Shown: in pieces, positions 21,167 through 30,660 of the stretch
How the letters are laid out: each line of letters starts with the position of its first letter
How positions within the stretch are numbered: the stretch's first letter is position 1
From: an uncultured delta proteobacterium
Lineage (GTDB): Bacteria; Myxococcota_A; Polyangia; Polyangiales; Houyiibacteriaceae
Length of the DNA: 64,000 nt
NCBI GenBank assembly: GCA_963699755.1
Contig: CAVOVB010000001.1
Location: forward strand, 160,001-224,000
Direction: 5' to 3'
Position numbers and translations under genes: made by a program
Notes under the pieces: generated by a model
Told to the model about the DNA's origin: nothing
Seen by the model: the letters and a program-made list of their open reading frames with translations, nothing else
The model's database searches: none

Positions 21167-23530
21167 ATGACGGATTCGATCTTTCCCGCTGGCGCCGAGC
21201 CGATTTTGCCGATTTTGCCTCTGCGCAATTCGGTGCTCTTTCCGGCGACGGTCGTGCCGGTGAACGTGGGCAGGCCTCGATCGGTGCGGCTGATCGAAGA
21301 GGCCTGCGGCCGCGAGCGCCCGGCGATCGGGGTGGTGACTCAGCACAGAGCCGAGGTCGAGGACCCCAGCTTTGACCAGGTCTATCAGACCGGCACCATC
21401 GCCCGCGTCTTGAAGGTGATTCGCCTCAACTCGGGTCAGTACAGCGTCGTGCTCCAAGGCGTGAGTCGGATGCGCATCGAGGAGACCCTCGGCCGCCACC
21501 CAACGATGCGCGCCCGGGTACATCGCTACCACGAGCGGCCGAGCGTAGACGTCGAGATCGAAGCCCTGGCCGCACATCTCAGGGAATCTGCACGCCGACT
21601 GCTTCACGACCTGCCGACGGCGTCACGCGAGTCCTTGCACATTCTCGACAATGTTCGCGAGCCAGGCGCCTTGGCCGACCTCATCGAGTCGAACCTGCCA
21701 GTCCCGAACGAGCTCAAACAAGAGGTGCTCGAAACCCTCGACATCCGCGAACGGGTTCGCAAAGTCCTGGATCAGGTCAATCGGCAGAACGAAGTGCTCA
21801 GGGTCAAGCAAGAGATCTCCAACATGGTCGAAGAGGAGATGTCGAGCTCGCAGCGCGAGTACTTGTTACGCCAGCAGGTCAAGGCAATCCGCCGAGAGCT
21901 GGGCGAAACCGATGTCGACGAAGACGAAATCGAGAACCTGCGCGAGCGGATTGCACTCGGCCGACTCCCCAGCGAGGCGGAGGCCGCAGCCAAGCGTGAG
22001 CTGCGACGCATGGGCAACATGAACACGGCGAGCAGCGAATATCAGGTCGCACGAACATACGTGGAATGGCTTGCCGACCTGCCATGGGCAAAGAAGAGCC
22101 CCGACCGGCTCGACGTCTTGCACGCGAGGCAGGTCCTCGATGAAGACCATTATGGGCTCGAAAAACCGAAACGCCGGATCATAGAGTACGTCGCCGTCCG
22201 CAAGCTGCGACGCAATGGGCGTGCACCCATTCTCTGCTTCGTGGGGCCGCCCGGCGTCGGCAAGACATCACTGGCGCGCTCGATCGCGCGCGCTTCGGGA
22301 CGGGCCTACGTTCGCGTCTCGCTCGGAGGTGTGTCAGACGAATCCGAGGTTCGCGGACACCGCCGGACCTATGTCGGAGCATTCCCCGGCCGCATCATTT
22401 CCGGCCTGAAGAAGGCGGGCTTCAACAACCCAGTGATGATCCTAGACGAGATCGACAAGCTCGGCAGGGACCAACGCGGTGACCCCGCCAGCGCTCTGCT
22501 CGAAGTGCTCGACCCTGAACAGAACAAACAGTTCACCGATCACTACATCGACTCGCCGTTCGATCTGAGCAAGGTGATGTTCATCGCCACTGCCAATCAG
22601 AAGAGCACGATTCCTGGGCCGCTGCTCGATCGCATGGAAGTGATCGAGCTCCCTGGCTACACGGCGCGTGAGAAACGCTCGATCGCGCGTGATTTCTTGA
22701 TTCCGCGCCAGCTCAGCGAGCACGGTCTTTCTCCGGAGCGCCTCGATTTCTCGGACGAGGCGATCGACCTGCTGATCGACTCGTACACCCACGAGGCTGG
22801 CGTTCGAAAGCTCGAGCAACAGGTCGCTGCGGTCTGCCGCGCAATCGCGGTTCGGCTCGCCCACGGCGAAGACCTGTCGATCCTGGCCGACCCGCCCTTC
22901 ATCGAGAGCGTCCTCGGCGCCGGACATGCCAAGCGGCAGGAGCCCGAGCGTAGCCCTAGGGCAGGCGTCGCGACGGGCCTGACCTGGACCGCCGCTGGTG
23001 GCGACCTGCTCTTCGTCGAGGCGACCCGCATGCCAGGAACGGGCAAGCTCCATCTCACCGGCAACATGGGCGATGTCTTGAAGGAGTCGGCCGCGGCGGC
23101 GTTCACCTTCGTGCGTGCACGTGCAGGGGAGCTCGGCCTCGCGGAGGATTTCGTGAGTCACACCGACGTCCACGTTCATCTCCCGGCGGGGGGCGTACCC
23201 AAAGACGGGGCCGCGGCGGGTGTCCCGCTCTTCGTGGCGCTCGCCTCCGCGCTCACGCAGGTCAAGGTACGACCAGACGTTGCGATGAGCGGCGAGATCA
23301 CCCTTCGTGGGAATGTGCTCAAGGTCGGTGGCATCAAAGAGAAGTGCCTGGCCGCGCACCGTGCCGGCGTCGCGCGAATCCTTCTTCCGAAGCGAAACGA
23401 GCCAGACCTCGAAGATGTGCCGGACGAGGTCCGCGGCGACCTCGAGATCTGCCTGGTGTCCCGGGTTGAAGAGGTGCTGAATCTGGTCGCCGCCTTCGAG
23501 CCGGCCGGGACGCCCGCAGCCGCCGAATAG
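21167..23530 (+). CDS. lon: Lon (La) AAA+ protease homologue with catalytic Ser replaced by Ala
   Basis: LPLRN N-domain, DHYGL, GPPGVGKTS, HRRTYVGA, ILDEIDK, GDPASALLEVLDPEQN, LLDRME. Protease motif reads PKDGAAAG. Confidence 0.93.
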   Translation: MTDSIFPAGAEPILPILPLRNSVLFPATVVPVNVGRPRSVRLIEEACGRERPAIGVVTQHRAEVEDPSFDQVYQTGTIARVLKVIRLNSGQYSVVLQGVSRMRIEETLGRHPTMRARVHRYHERPSVDVEIEALAAHLRESARRLLHDLPTASRESLHILDNVREPGALADLIESNLPVPNELKQEVLETLDIRERVRKVLDQVNRQNEVLRVKQEISNMVEEEMSSSQREYLLRQQVKAIRRELGETDVDEDEIENLRERIALGRLPSEAEAAAKRELRRMGNMNTASSEYQVARTYVEWLADLPWAKKSPDRLDVLHARQVLDEDHYGLEKPKRRIIEYVAVRKLRRNGRAPILCFVGPPGVGKTSLARSIARASGRAYVRVSLGGVSDESEVRGHRRTYVGAFPGRIISGLKKAGFNNPVMILDEIDKLGRDQRGDPASALLEVLDPEQNKQFTDHYIDSPFDLSKVMFIATANQKSTIPGPLLDRMEVIELPGYTAREKRSIARDFLIPRQLSEHGLSPERLDFSDEAIDLLIDSYTHEAGVRKLEQQVAAVCRAIAVRLAHGEDLSILADPPFIESVLGAGHAKRQEPERSPRAGVATGLTWTAAGGDLLFVEATRMPGTGKLHLTGNMGDVLKESAAAAFTFVRARAGELGLAEDFVSHTDVHVHLPAGGVPKDGAAAGVPLFVALASALTQVKVRPDVAMSGEITLRGNVLKVGGIKEKCLAAHRAGVARILLPKRNEPDLEDVPDEVRGDLEICLVSRVEEVLNLVAAFEPAGTPAAAE

Positions 23531-23533
23531 TCC

Positions 23534-25822
23534 GTGGCGAGCTCATTCATGTTTCGGCTGAGCGCAGTGTTTGCGGCCATCGTCGGTCTAGCGCTCGCCT
23601 TCGTCCCGCTGCTCGCGGTCCATGGAGTGGAAAGTGCCCTCGCACTCGGCCTCCTCCTTCCCCCTTGGGTGGCCGCGACGGCAGCAAGCTACACCGAGCG
23701 ACACCGCAGGACCCGAGGCATCGACCTCATGTTTGGTTCGATGGGCATGGGCCTGCTGATTTGGTCGATCCCCGTCCTGCTCCTCGCCCTGAGCTCGCTG
23801 CGTGTTCGGCAATGCGCGCCGGGCGAAGGTCTGGCCTTCATGGTGCTCGGCCCGGCCCTCGGCTGCACGCTCGCAGCCGGCATCGGCGTCTGGGTCGCCG
23901 CGACGATAGCTCAGCCCCGGCTCAGTCCGTGGCTTGCAGCCGCAATCCCAATCGGCTCGGCGCTGTTTGGACTTTGGGCATTCTACTCGACTCCAACCGT
24001 CTACCTGTTTGGGGCTTTCGCAGGGTATTTCCCCGGTGCGATCTACGACGATCTCGTCCAGATCCCGAACCGTTACCTCAGCTACCGAGCGACGATTCTC
24101 GTCGCTGTGCTCGCGCTTGGCGTCCTCTTCGATGCGCTCTGGGACCCGTCCTCCGGCACACTCGAGCTTCGAGCTCGTGGCCGCGTGCGGCTTGGTGCGA
24201 TTGCGATCTGCCTTGGAGCACTTGGCATCGTTGCCGCGTCGTATTGGCAGGGCGACCAGCTGGGACACTCGGTAAGCGAAAAGTATTTGGTCGAGCGCCT
24301 CGGTAAGACCGAGCAAGGGCGGCACTGCATCGTTCACATGCCGCGCGAAACCCTACCCGCGGACGCCAGCCGCTTGCTAGAAGACTGCGACTTCAACGTC
24401 GAGCGCATCACAACGCTCGTCGGCCTCTCGTCGAGCGAACCGGTGACCGCCTACTTCTTCCGCAACCAGGGCGAGAAGAAGGAGCTCATCGGCGTTGGGC
24501 GCACGCTGATCGCCAAGCCCTGGCGACGCGAGGTCTATCTGCAGATGTCGGGCTGGCCGCATCCGGCGCTCGGACACGAGATTGTGCACGCTCTGCTCGA
24601 AGAGGCTGGACGCGGGCCTTTCGCCATCGCAGCAACACTGGGGGGTCTCATTCCGAACCCTGGTATCATCGAGGGCGCTGCTGTCGCCCTCGCCTGGGAC
24701 ATTCGCGACGACCTCGACCCCGACCAATGGTCGAGGATCATGATGGATCGCAACGAGCTTCCGTCGGCGGACGATGTCATGAGCGTTCGGTTCAGCGCAC
24801 TCCCGGCACGGCGCGCGTACATGGCCGCGGGATCGTTGATTCGCTTCCTGATAGTGACCCGCGGGATGGACCGATTTCTCGAAACCTATCGACGTGGCGA
24901 GGTCGACGACTTGCGGGAGCTCGAAGCGGAGTGGAAAGCGTACCTCGCGGAGGTTCCGGTGACGGCGCAGGAGCGTGCTGTAGCCGAGGTCGAGCTTGCG
25001 AGGCCGAGCCTCTTCTCGGCGGTTTGCCCCCACGAGCTGGCGAAGCTTCGCGCCGACCTAGCAGGCGATGCCGCAGCACAAGACGACGTACGTACGATCG
25101 AAACCTGTCGCGCCATCCTCGACATCGACGCACACGATGCCCAGGCGCAGGCCGTATTGGTGGGCGCCCTTGCCCGTAACGGACACGACGCCGAGGCGCT
25201 GGCCGTGCTCGACGCACTTCGGGCCGCCATGAATGCGCCGAAGCCGATCGTCGCTGCCGCTCTCGAGCAGTACGCCGATGCGAGCTGGACCCTTGGCAAC
25301 TTGGAGGAGGCCGGAGCGCTTTACGAGGAGCTCCTGAGCATCCCGCGCACCGACGGTGCCGCGCGCCAAAGCGAAGTCAAGAAGCTCGGCCTCGGAGCGA
25401 CCGATACGGAGCGCATGCTTATCTACGAAATGCTCGTCGGGCGGTCGCCGAGCGCGGTCGTGATTCACTTGGCACAAGCGCTGGCGACGATTCGCGGCGA
25501 CGGCCTTGGACAGTATCTCGAGGCGCGGCAACTCATTGGTCAGAACCGGTACGCGCTCGCACTTCCCCTACTAGAGGACGCGAAGCGCCTTGGGCTACCG
25601 AGCCTGCGTCTCGAGCAGGAGCTGAGCCGCCTCTTGGGAATCACGTTCTTTGCGCTTGGCGACTTCGGCAAATCTGCCGCGGCCTGGCGGGAGCGAATGG
25701 AAATTAGCCGGGCCTCCCATGCGGAAGGGCAGCTTTGGCTCGAACGCATCGACTACGCGCGGACAGGGGGGGTCAGTCCGGTGTTGCCAGGTCCATCGTC
25801 GGCTCTCCAAGCTGCGCCTTGA
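23534..25822 (+). CDS. Polytopic membrane protein with HExxH (gluzincin-like) domain and TPR-like C-terminus
   Basis: About 7 hydrophobic segments, then GHEIVH...IIEGAA, then Ala/Leu-rich helical repeats. Confidence 0.7.
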   Translation: MASSFMFRLSAVFAAIVGLALAFVPLLAVHGVESALALGLLLPPWVAATAASYTERHRRTRGIDLMFGSMGMGLLIWSIPVLLLALSSLRVRQCAPGEGLAFMVLGPALGCTLAAGIGVWVAATIAQPRLSPWLAAAIPIGSALFGLWAFYSTPTVYLFGAFAGYFPGAIYDDLVQIPNRYLSYRATILVAVLALGVLFDALWDPSSGTLELRARGRVRLGAIAICLGALGIVAASYWQGDQLGHSVSEKYLVERLGKTEQGRHCIVHMPRETLPADASRLLEDCDFNVERITTLVGLSSSEPVTAYFFRNQGEKKELIGVGRTLIAKPWRREVYLQMSGWPHPALGHEIVHALLEEAGRGPFAIAATLGGLIPNPGIIEGAAVALAWDIRDDLDPDQWSRIMMDRNELPSADDVMSVRFSALPARRAYMAAGSLIRFLIVTRGMDRFLETYRRGEVDDLRELEAEWKAYLAEVPVTAQERAVAEVELARPSLFSAVCPHELAKLRADLAGDAAAQDDVRTIETCRAILDIDAHDAQAQAVLVGALARNGHDAEALAVLDALRAAMNAPKPIVAAALEQYADASWTLGNLEEAGALYEELLSIPRTDGAARQSEVKKLGLGATDTERMLIYEMLVGRSPSAVVIHLAQALATIRGDGLGQYLEARQLIGQNRYALALPLLEDAKRLGLPSLRLEQELSRLLGITFFALGDFGKSAAAWRERMEISRASHAEGQLWLERIDYARTGGVSPVLPGPSSALQAAP

Positions 25823-26639
25823 TGTGCGCCGCAATGGAACAGTCTGCAGTGACGATGGGATCGCTGTCGGCTTTGGCCAAGCCCACCTTGGGACCGATTT
25901 GGCTTCGAACCGTGATCAAGCGCCCACGGTTCTCCGTCCGCGAGCGCAAGACCAGCTTGTCCTTTGCGAGGTCCCAGAGAAACACGTCGACTGGATCTTG
26001 CAGTCTGCTCTGGCCCTGCACAAGCAAGAGCAAGAAGTAGTCGACGGGCACCAGCTCTTCGAGGGAAGGGAGCTCGCGTTCAATCGCCCGCGCCAGTTGC
26101 TCTTCCCGAACGGAGAGTCGCTGCATGTCGTTGGTATCGTGGACGCGTTCTAGCCACTTGGCAGTCAGAACTTCAGGTACCTCAGAGAGCGCCGACAGTG
26201 GTGTCAGCTCAAGTCCCAGACACGGACCGATGGCGTCCACCTCCTCGGAGTGGATCGCCGCGCGCAATGTCTCCTCGGAAGCAAGCTCGGGCGCCCGCAC
26301 CTTGAGGTAGACCACCGTCTTTTCGTGCAGAGCAGAAGGGGCCACCGGGGCCTCCACCAGACGGTTCGCCGCCCCGGATTTCGCATCAAGCGCCTTTCTT
26401 TCGAGGCTGCTCCGTGTAGCCTCGAGCTCGTCGAGGACCGGCGCGACTCGTTCAGCATGTTGCGCCTCGATTCGGTCTCTGAGCTCATCGGCGCGGACCT
26501 TCTGGCGCCAGAAGTAAGCCCCGGCGGACATTCCGACGACCAGAAGCAACACGCCGATGCGCGACCACGGAACAGGTGGCCGGTATCGGTTCGTACGAAC
26601 GCCGTCGAACTCGGCAGGAGTGAGCTCTGATGGCTCCAT
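25773..26639 (-). CDS. Hypothetical single-pass membrane protein
   Basis: One N-terminal TM (IGVLLLVVGMSAGAYFW) followed by a coiled coil; 24 nt downstream of the exbD-like gene. Confidence 0.7.
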   Translation of the reverse strand: MEPSELTPAEFDGVRTNRYRPPVPWSRIGVLLLVVGMSAGAYFWRQKVRADELRDRIEAQHAERVAPVLDELEATRSSLERKALDAKSGAANRLVEAPVAPSALHEKTVVYLKVRAPELASEETLRAAIHSEEVDAIGPCLGLELTPLSALSEVPEVLTAKWLERVHDTNDMQRLSVREEQLARAIERELPSLEELVPVDYFLLLLVQGQSRLQDPVDVFLWDLAKDKLVLRSRTENRGRLITVRSQIGPKVGLAKADSDPIVTADCSIAAHIKAQLGEPTMDLATPD

Positions 26640-26663
26640 GCGGCGAAGCTTACTGAAACCTGG

Positions 26664-27197
26664 TTACTCGCGCTGGTTCACGGCGAAGCTGACGTTGCCG
26701 TAACCCGCGGCGGCAGCCGAGAACATGACCTTCTTCACGACTCGGAAGTCGATGTTGCGGTCCGCCTGCACGATGACTTGGCCTGCGAACGGCTCCGATG
26801 GATGAATCGTCTCCCACTTCCGCTTCTCCGTTTCGAGACCGGCAATGAGTGGTTCGATTCGGTCGACCTGTGCGGACTGCCCCTGGGTCTGAGTGTCGGC
26901 AACCCGGGTGCCATCGAGCGTAATCACGCGTTCGTCGACGGCAATGATTGGCGAGATTTCGATCTGCGCGGTGTTCTTCGCATCCGGCATCGTGATGGTG
27001 GGCTGCTGCGCGACCAGCTCGCCCGAAGCGGAGAACGACATGAGCAGGAAGATCACGAGGACGATCAGGAAGTCGATGAACGGAATGAGCGGAATCTGGT
27101 GGTCCACCGACTTGCGAGCATGACCCGAGACGCGGTCACGCACGAACTTCAGCGGAATGTGACGGAGCAGCTCTGGTTCTGGCCGTTTGATCGCCAT
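26664..27197 (-). CDS. ExbD/TolR family motor subunit
   Basis: LIPFIDFLIVLVIFLL (TM Asp); VQADRNIDF periplasmic motif. Confidence 0.9.
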   Translation of the reverse strand: MAIKRPEPELLRHIPLKFVRDRVSGHARKSVDHQIPLIPFIDFLIVLVIFLLMSFSASGELVAQQPTITMPDAKNTAQIEISPIIAVDERVITLDGTRVADTQTQGQSAQVDRIEPLIAGLETEKRKWETIHPSEPFAGQVIVQADRNIDFRVVKKVMFSAAAAGYGNVSFAVNQRE

Positions 27198-27206
27198 GGT
27201 TTCCCC

Positions 27207-27698
27207 CTACAGGAACGCAGCTCCGTCGGCCATCGACAGGGTGGTGAAGCCCGCCGCAGCCGCGACATCCATTGCACGAATGACGTCCTCATACCGAACG
27301 CCGTCTTCGGGTGCGACGATCAAGTCGTCCCGCTTGTCCCAGGCCTGCTTCCATTGCCCAAGCTTGGTTTGCAACTCGTCGAGGTCGAACTCCTTCTGGT
27401 CGGCTACGGCGCGCTTGCTGATGTCGATGCTCTCCCCTGCGGAAGACCCCAGCACATAGCCGGAGTTCCGCACCTGCAGGATGAGCTTCACTTTTTCGTC
27501 CTCGGGGGGTGCATCTTCGGTCGAAGCCTGCCCCGGAACCTGCTGGTTGGCGTTCAGCGCGGCGAGCTGGTTCCAAACAGCGGTGGCCAGCAAGAACATG
27601 ACGCAGCAAAGCAAGAGGTCGATGAACGGAATCAGGGGGATCTCCTGATTGACCGACTTCTTCCCGGAGTTGCCTCCGCCACTATCGATTGCAGCCAT
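27207..27698 (-). CDS. ExbD/TolR family motor subunit
   Basis: LIPFIDLLLCCVMFLL; APEDGVRYEDVIRAMD. Confidence 0.9.
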   Translation of the reverse strand: MAAIDSGGGNSGKKSVNQEIPLIPFIDLLLCCVMFLLATAVWNQLAALNANQQVPGQASTEDAPPEDEKVKLILQVRNSGYVLGSSAGESIDISKRAVADQKEFDLDELQTKLGQWKQAWDKRDDLIVAPEDGVRYEDVIRAMDVAAAAGFTTLSMADGAAFL

Positions 27699-27706
27699 TG
27701 GGCCCG

Positions 27707-28357
27707 TTACTCCGCGGGAATGTTCTGAAGGTCGACCTTAGAGCGGTTACCGACGACGAGGTTGAGAACCTGCACGGTAGCCGCGTTGATGTCGTCGATG
27801 ATCTTCTGGGTCTTGCCGTTGAGAAGGCCCATCATCAGAAGCGCAAAGACCGCCGTAATGAGACCGAACGCGGTACAGTTCATCGCTTCCTCGATGCCCT
27901 TCGCCAAGCCCGTTGCCTTGCTGGCGGCATCGGCTTTGGCGACTTCACCGAACGCTGTGATGAGACCTACAACCGTTCCAAACAGACCGCAGAGCATGCC
28001 AACGTTTGCAAGCAGACCGAGGTACGGCGTGCGCCGTTCGATCAGCGGCAGCTCTTTGAGCGCAGCTTCATCCATGGCCGCCTGAACTTCAGCGTCGGGG
28101 CGGTTCACCTTGAGCAAACCCTGCTTGACGATGCGCGCGAGCGGATTGTGCTCGGCCGAGCAAACCTTGATCGCGCCCGCCACGTCGCCGGCGGTGATGC
28201 ACTTCTGCATCTTTGCGATGAACTCGTCCTTGTCGATCGACGCTTTGTAGAGATACATCGCTCGCTCGATCGTGAACCCGATTGAGAACACCAGACAAAT
28301 GAGGATTAGCCACATCGCCCATCCGCCTGCTTCAAAGTGGTATGCCAAACTGGCCAT
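27707..28357 (-). CDS. MotA/TolQ/ExbB proton channel subunit
   Basis: GGWAMW; NVGMLCGLFGTVVGLITAF; GIEEAMNCTAFGL. Confidence 0.92.
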   Translation of the reverse strand: MASLAYHFEAGGWAMWLILICLVFSIGFTIERAMYLYKASIDKDEFIAKMQKCITAGDVAGAIKVCSAEHNPLARIVKQGLLKVNRPDAEVQAAMDEAALKELPLIERRTPYLGLLANVGMLCGLFGTVVGLITAFGEVAKADAASKATGLAKGIEEAMNCTAFGLITAVFALLMMGLLNGKTQKIIDDINAATVQVLNLVVGNRSKVDLQNIPAE

Positions 28358-28504
28358 TTCTTACTGCCTCCTGCGAACTTTACTTCGACAGTGTTATCCG
28401 GACCCCGAGTGAGTACGGGTCGATCCCCAGCACTGTCTTCTGACTAAAACTCGCTGTTCCCCCCAGAACAATAAGCAATTCCGTAGCTTGCTTACTATAT
28501 AAGG

Positions 28505-28532
28505 ATGATAACGGTTGGATCCAGCAAGTCAA
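28505..28532 (-). promoter_or_regulatory. Sigma70-like promoter TTGACT-N16-TATCAT for the leftward TolQRR operon
   Basis: Near-consensus hexamers in an AT-rich divergent intergenic region. Confidence 0.5.
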
Positions 28533-28612
28533 CATCGTGCCCGGCTCAGGTCCTTAGAAACCAGGACCCGCGCTGAGCTTGGGTTCGAAAGCCGGAAAAA
28601 GCTGTAGTCGCG

Positions 28613-28642
28613 TTGACAACTTCGCGGGGGCTGGGTTAGCTT
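28613..28642 (+). promoter_or_regulatory. Sigma70-like promoter TTGACA-N18-TAGCTT for the rightward aglRQS-like operon
   Basis: Perfect -35 hexamer and a plausible -10. Confidence 0.45.
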
Positions 28643-28790
28643 GCCCCTCGATCAAGGGGTGCGCCCCGACAGTCGTAATGATTTCAACGGATTCCAGCTT
28701 TCGGGGTCCGAATTTCAGTGTGGCTGAAGGGTAGCGAGAGACCAGGGGTTTTCTCGTCGAATCAACGGCGAGCCGGAGGGAGCCGCAAGC

Positions 28791-29423
28791 ATGCATGAAA
28801 TCTGGGAGGCGATGTACGAGGGGTTCCCCTTTTCGTTCATCAATCTCGGTGTTTTGGCTTTTGGGGTGGGCATCATCATCGATCGCGCCTGGTACATCCG
28901 GATGAACTACAGCGTCGATGCGACCGAATTCATGAACCGAATTCGCAAGCTGGTGCAGGCGGGGAACATCGATCGCGCGATTCGACAATGCGAGGCGAAG
29001 GCCGTGCCGCTGCTCGAGGTGGTGAAGTCCGGGCTGACGCAGGTCAACCGCGGCGAGGAAGCCGTAATCGCTTCGATGGAAGAAAAGATGAGCGAGGTGA
29101 TCCCTGCACTCGAGAAGCGCACGGGCGCCCTCTGGACCCTAGCCAACATCGCCACCTTGATCGGGCTGCTCGGGACGATCAGCGGTCTCATTCGTGCCTT
29201 CAAGGCGGTCGGCACCATCGACGACCCTTCGCAAAAAACCGCGCTGCTCTCGGCCGGTATCGCAGAGGCCATGTGGAACACCTTTCTCGGTCTTCTGATC
29301 GCGGTGATCTTCATGGTTGCTCATCTGGTGCTCCATGGGCTCACCAAGCGGCACAAGCACGAGATGGAAAAGGTCACGATGCAGCTCGAGAATCTGCTCA
29401 CGCTGCGCCGGCAAGGCGGTTGA
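28791..29423 (+). CDS. MotA/TolQ/ExbB subunit, AglR-like
   Basis: NIATLIGLLGTISGLIRAF; GIAEAMWNTFLGL. Confidence 0.9.
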   Translation: MHEIWEAMYEGFPFSFINLGVLAFGVGIIIDRAWYIRMNYSVDATEFMNRIRKLVQAGNIDRAIRQCEAKAVPLLEVVKSGLTQVNRGEEAVIASMEEKMSEVIPALEKRTGALWTLANIATLIGLLGTISGLIRAFKAVGTIDDPSQKTALLSAGIAEAMWNTFLGLLIAVIFMVAHLVLHGLTKRHKHEMEKVTMQLENLLTLRRQGG

Positions 29424-29435
29424 TCGGGCTCAGCC

Positions 29436-29993
29436 ATGCCCGCACGACTAACCCCACGCCAACGAGCCTACGTCCGGAAGCGAACCCGCATTCCCGACCT
29501 CGATCCGTCCGAGACGAGTGACGAGCTGAACATCGTTCCGTTCTTGGATATCGTCGTGAACATCGTCATGTTCTTGTTGATGACCTTGACCACGATCGCT
29601 TTCTTCTCGCAGGTCGAAGCGGCACTTCCCGAGTATCGCAAGGGTGGCATCGGCAAGCGCGCAGCAGCGGATGAGGCGCTCAACTTGAACGTCACGGTGA
29701 CGCGTGAAGGGATCGTCGTCTCTGGCTCGGGCGGCAAGCTCGCGCGGGGATGTACGACCACTGCACCTGGCAAGGTCATCACCGTACCCGCAGGGATGAA
29801 CGGCGAGCACGACTGGAAAGCACTCACCACCTGTGTCCGTCGCGTGAAGGAGCAGTTCGAAGACGAAACCCGGGTCACGCTCAGTGCTGACCCCGAAGTT
29901 CCGTATGAAGACCTGATCGCAGCCATGGACGCTGTCCGCGGCGACGAGAACGACCTCTTCCCGGAGGTGTTGCTCTCTGCGGGGATTCGATAG
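29436..29993 (+). CDS. ExbD/TolR subunit, AglQ-like
   Basis: ELNIVPFLDIVVNIVMFLL; SADPEVPYEDLIAAMDAVR; LFPEV. Confidence 0.88.
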   Translation: MPARLTPRQRAYVRKRTRIPDLDPSETSDELNIVPFLDIVVNIVMFLLMTLTTIAFFSQVEAALPEYRKGGIGKRAAADEALNLNVTVTREGIVVSGSGGKLARGCTTTAPGKVITVPAGMNGEHDWKALTTCVRRVKEQFEDETRVTLSADPEVPYEDLIAAMDAVRGDENDLFPEVLLSAGIR

Positions 29994-30595
29994 TGGCAAC
30001 CGAAAGCACTAGGCCGTCACGCCCGTCGATCGCACCTCCCGTCGCGGAAAAGTCCGTTTCGATGTCGTATGTGAACCGGGTCGTGCGCGCCAAGCTGCGT
30101 CGCCGCGGCGAGCCCGAGCACTTCGGGCTCAACATCTACCCGATGATGGACATGCTCACGATCCTCCTGGTCTACATGATGGCGATCTTCGCGACGTCGT
30201 CAGCGGCGGCTGTTCAAGAGAGCAGCGAGCTGCGCATCCCCTACTCCACCTCGAAGGTCGAGCTCAGCGACGCACTCTCGGTTCAGATTTCGCGCAGCGG
30301 GGTGGTGGTGGATGGCAAGTCGGTGCTCGAGCTTCGCAATGGCATCGTCGACCCGAGCCTCAAGCAAGGCGGCAGCAGCGGCTTTTTGATCATGCCCCTC
30401 TACAAGGCCCTCAGTGAAATCCGCGACCGGAAGAAGCGAACGGCACAGCGCTTCGCAAACCAGCCGTTCGTCGGTGACGTCCAGATCATCGCAGACAAAC
30501 GAACCCCGTACCGAACCCTGAGCGAGGTGATTTACACTCTCGGGCAGACCGAGTTTAAGAATTTGCGGTTCGTGGCTAATAAGAAAACGCAGTAG
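29993..30595 (+). CDS. ExbD/TolR subunit, AglS-like
   Basis: LNIYPMMDMLTILLV; IADKRTPYRTLSEVIYT. TAGTG overlap with the previous gene. Confidence 0.88.
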   Translation: MATESTRPSRPSIAPPVAEKSVSMSYVNRVVRAKLRRRGEPEHFGLNIYPMMDMLTILLVYMMAIFATSSAAAVQESSELRIPYSTSKVELSDALSVQISRSGVVVDGKSVLELRNGIVDPSLKQGGSSGFLIMPLYKALSEIRDRKKRTAQRFANQPFVGDVQIIADKRTPYRTLSEVIYTLGQTEFKNLRFVANKKTQ

Positions 30596-30660
30596 GCCCG
30601 ATCGGGGCGCGTTCCTCCGTACGGAGCCAGCAAGACAGGTTCTAAGAGACCGCCTTAAGC

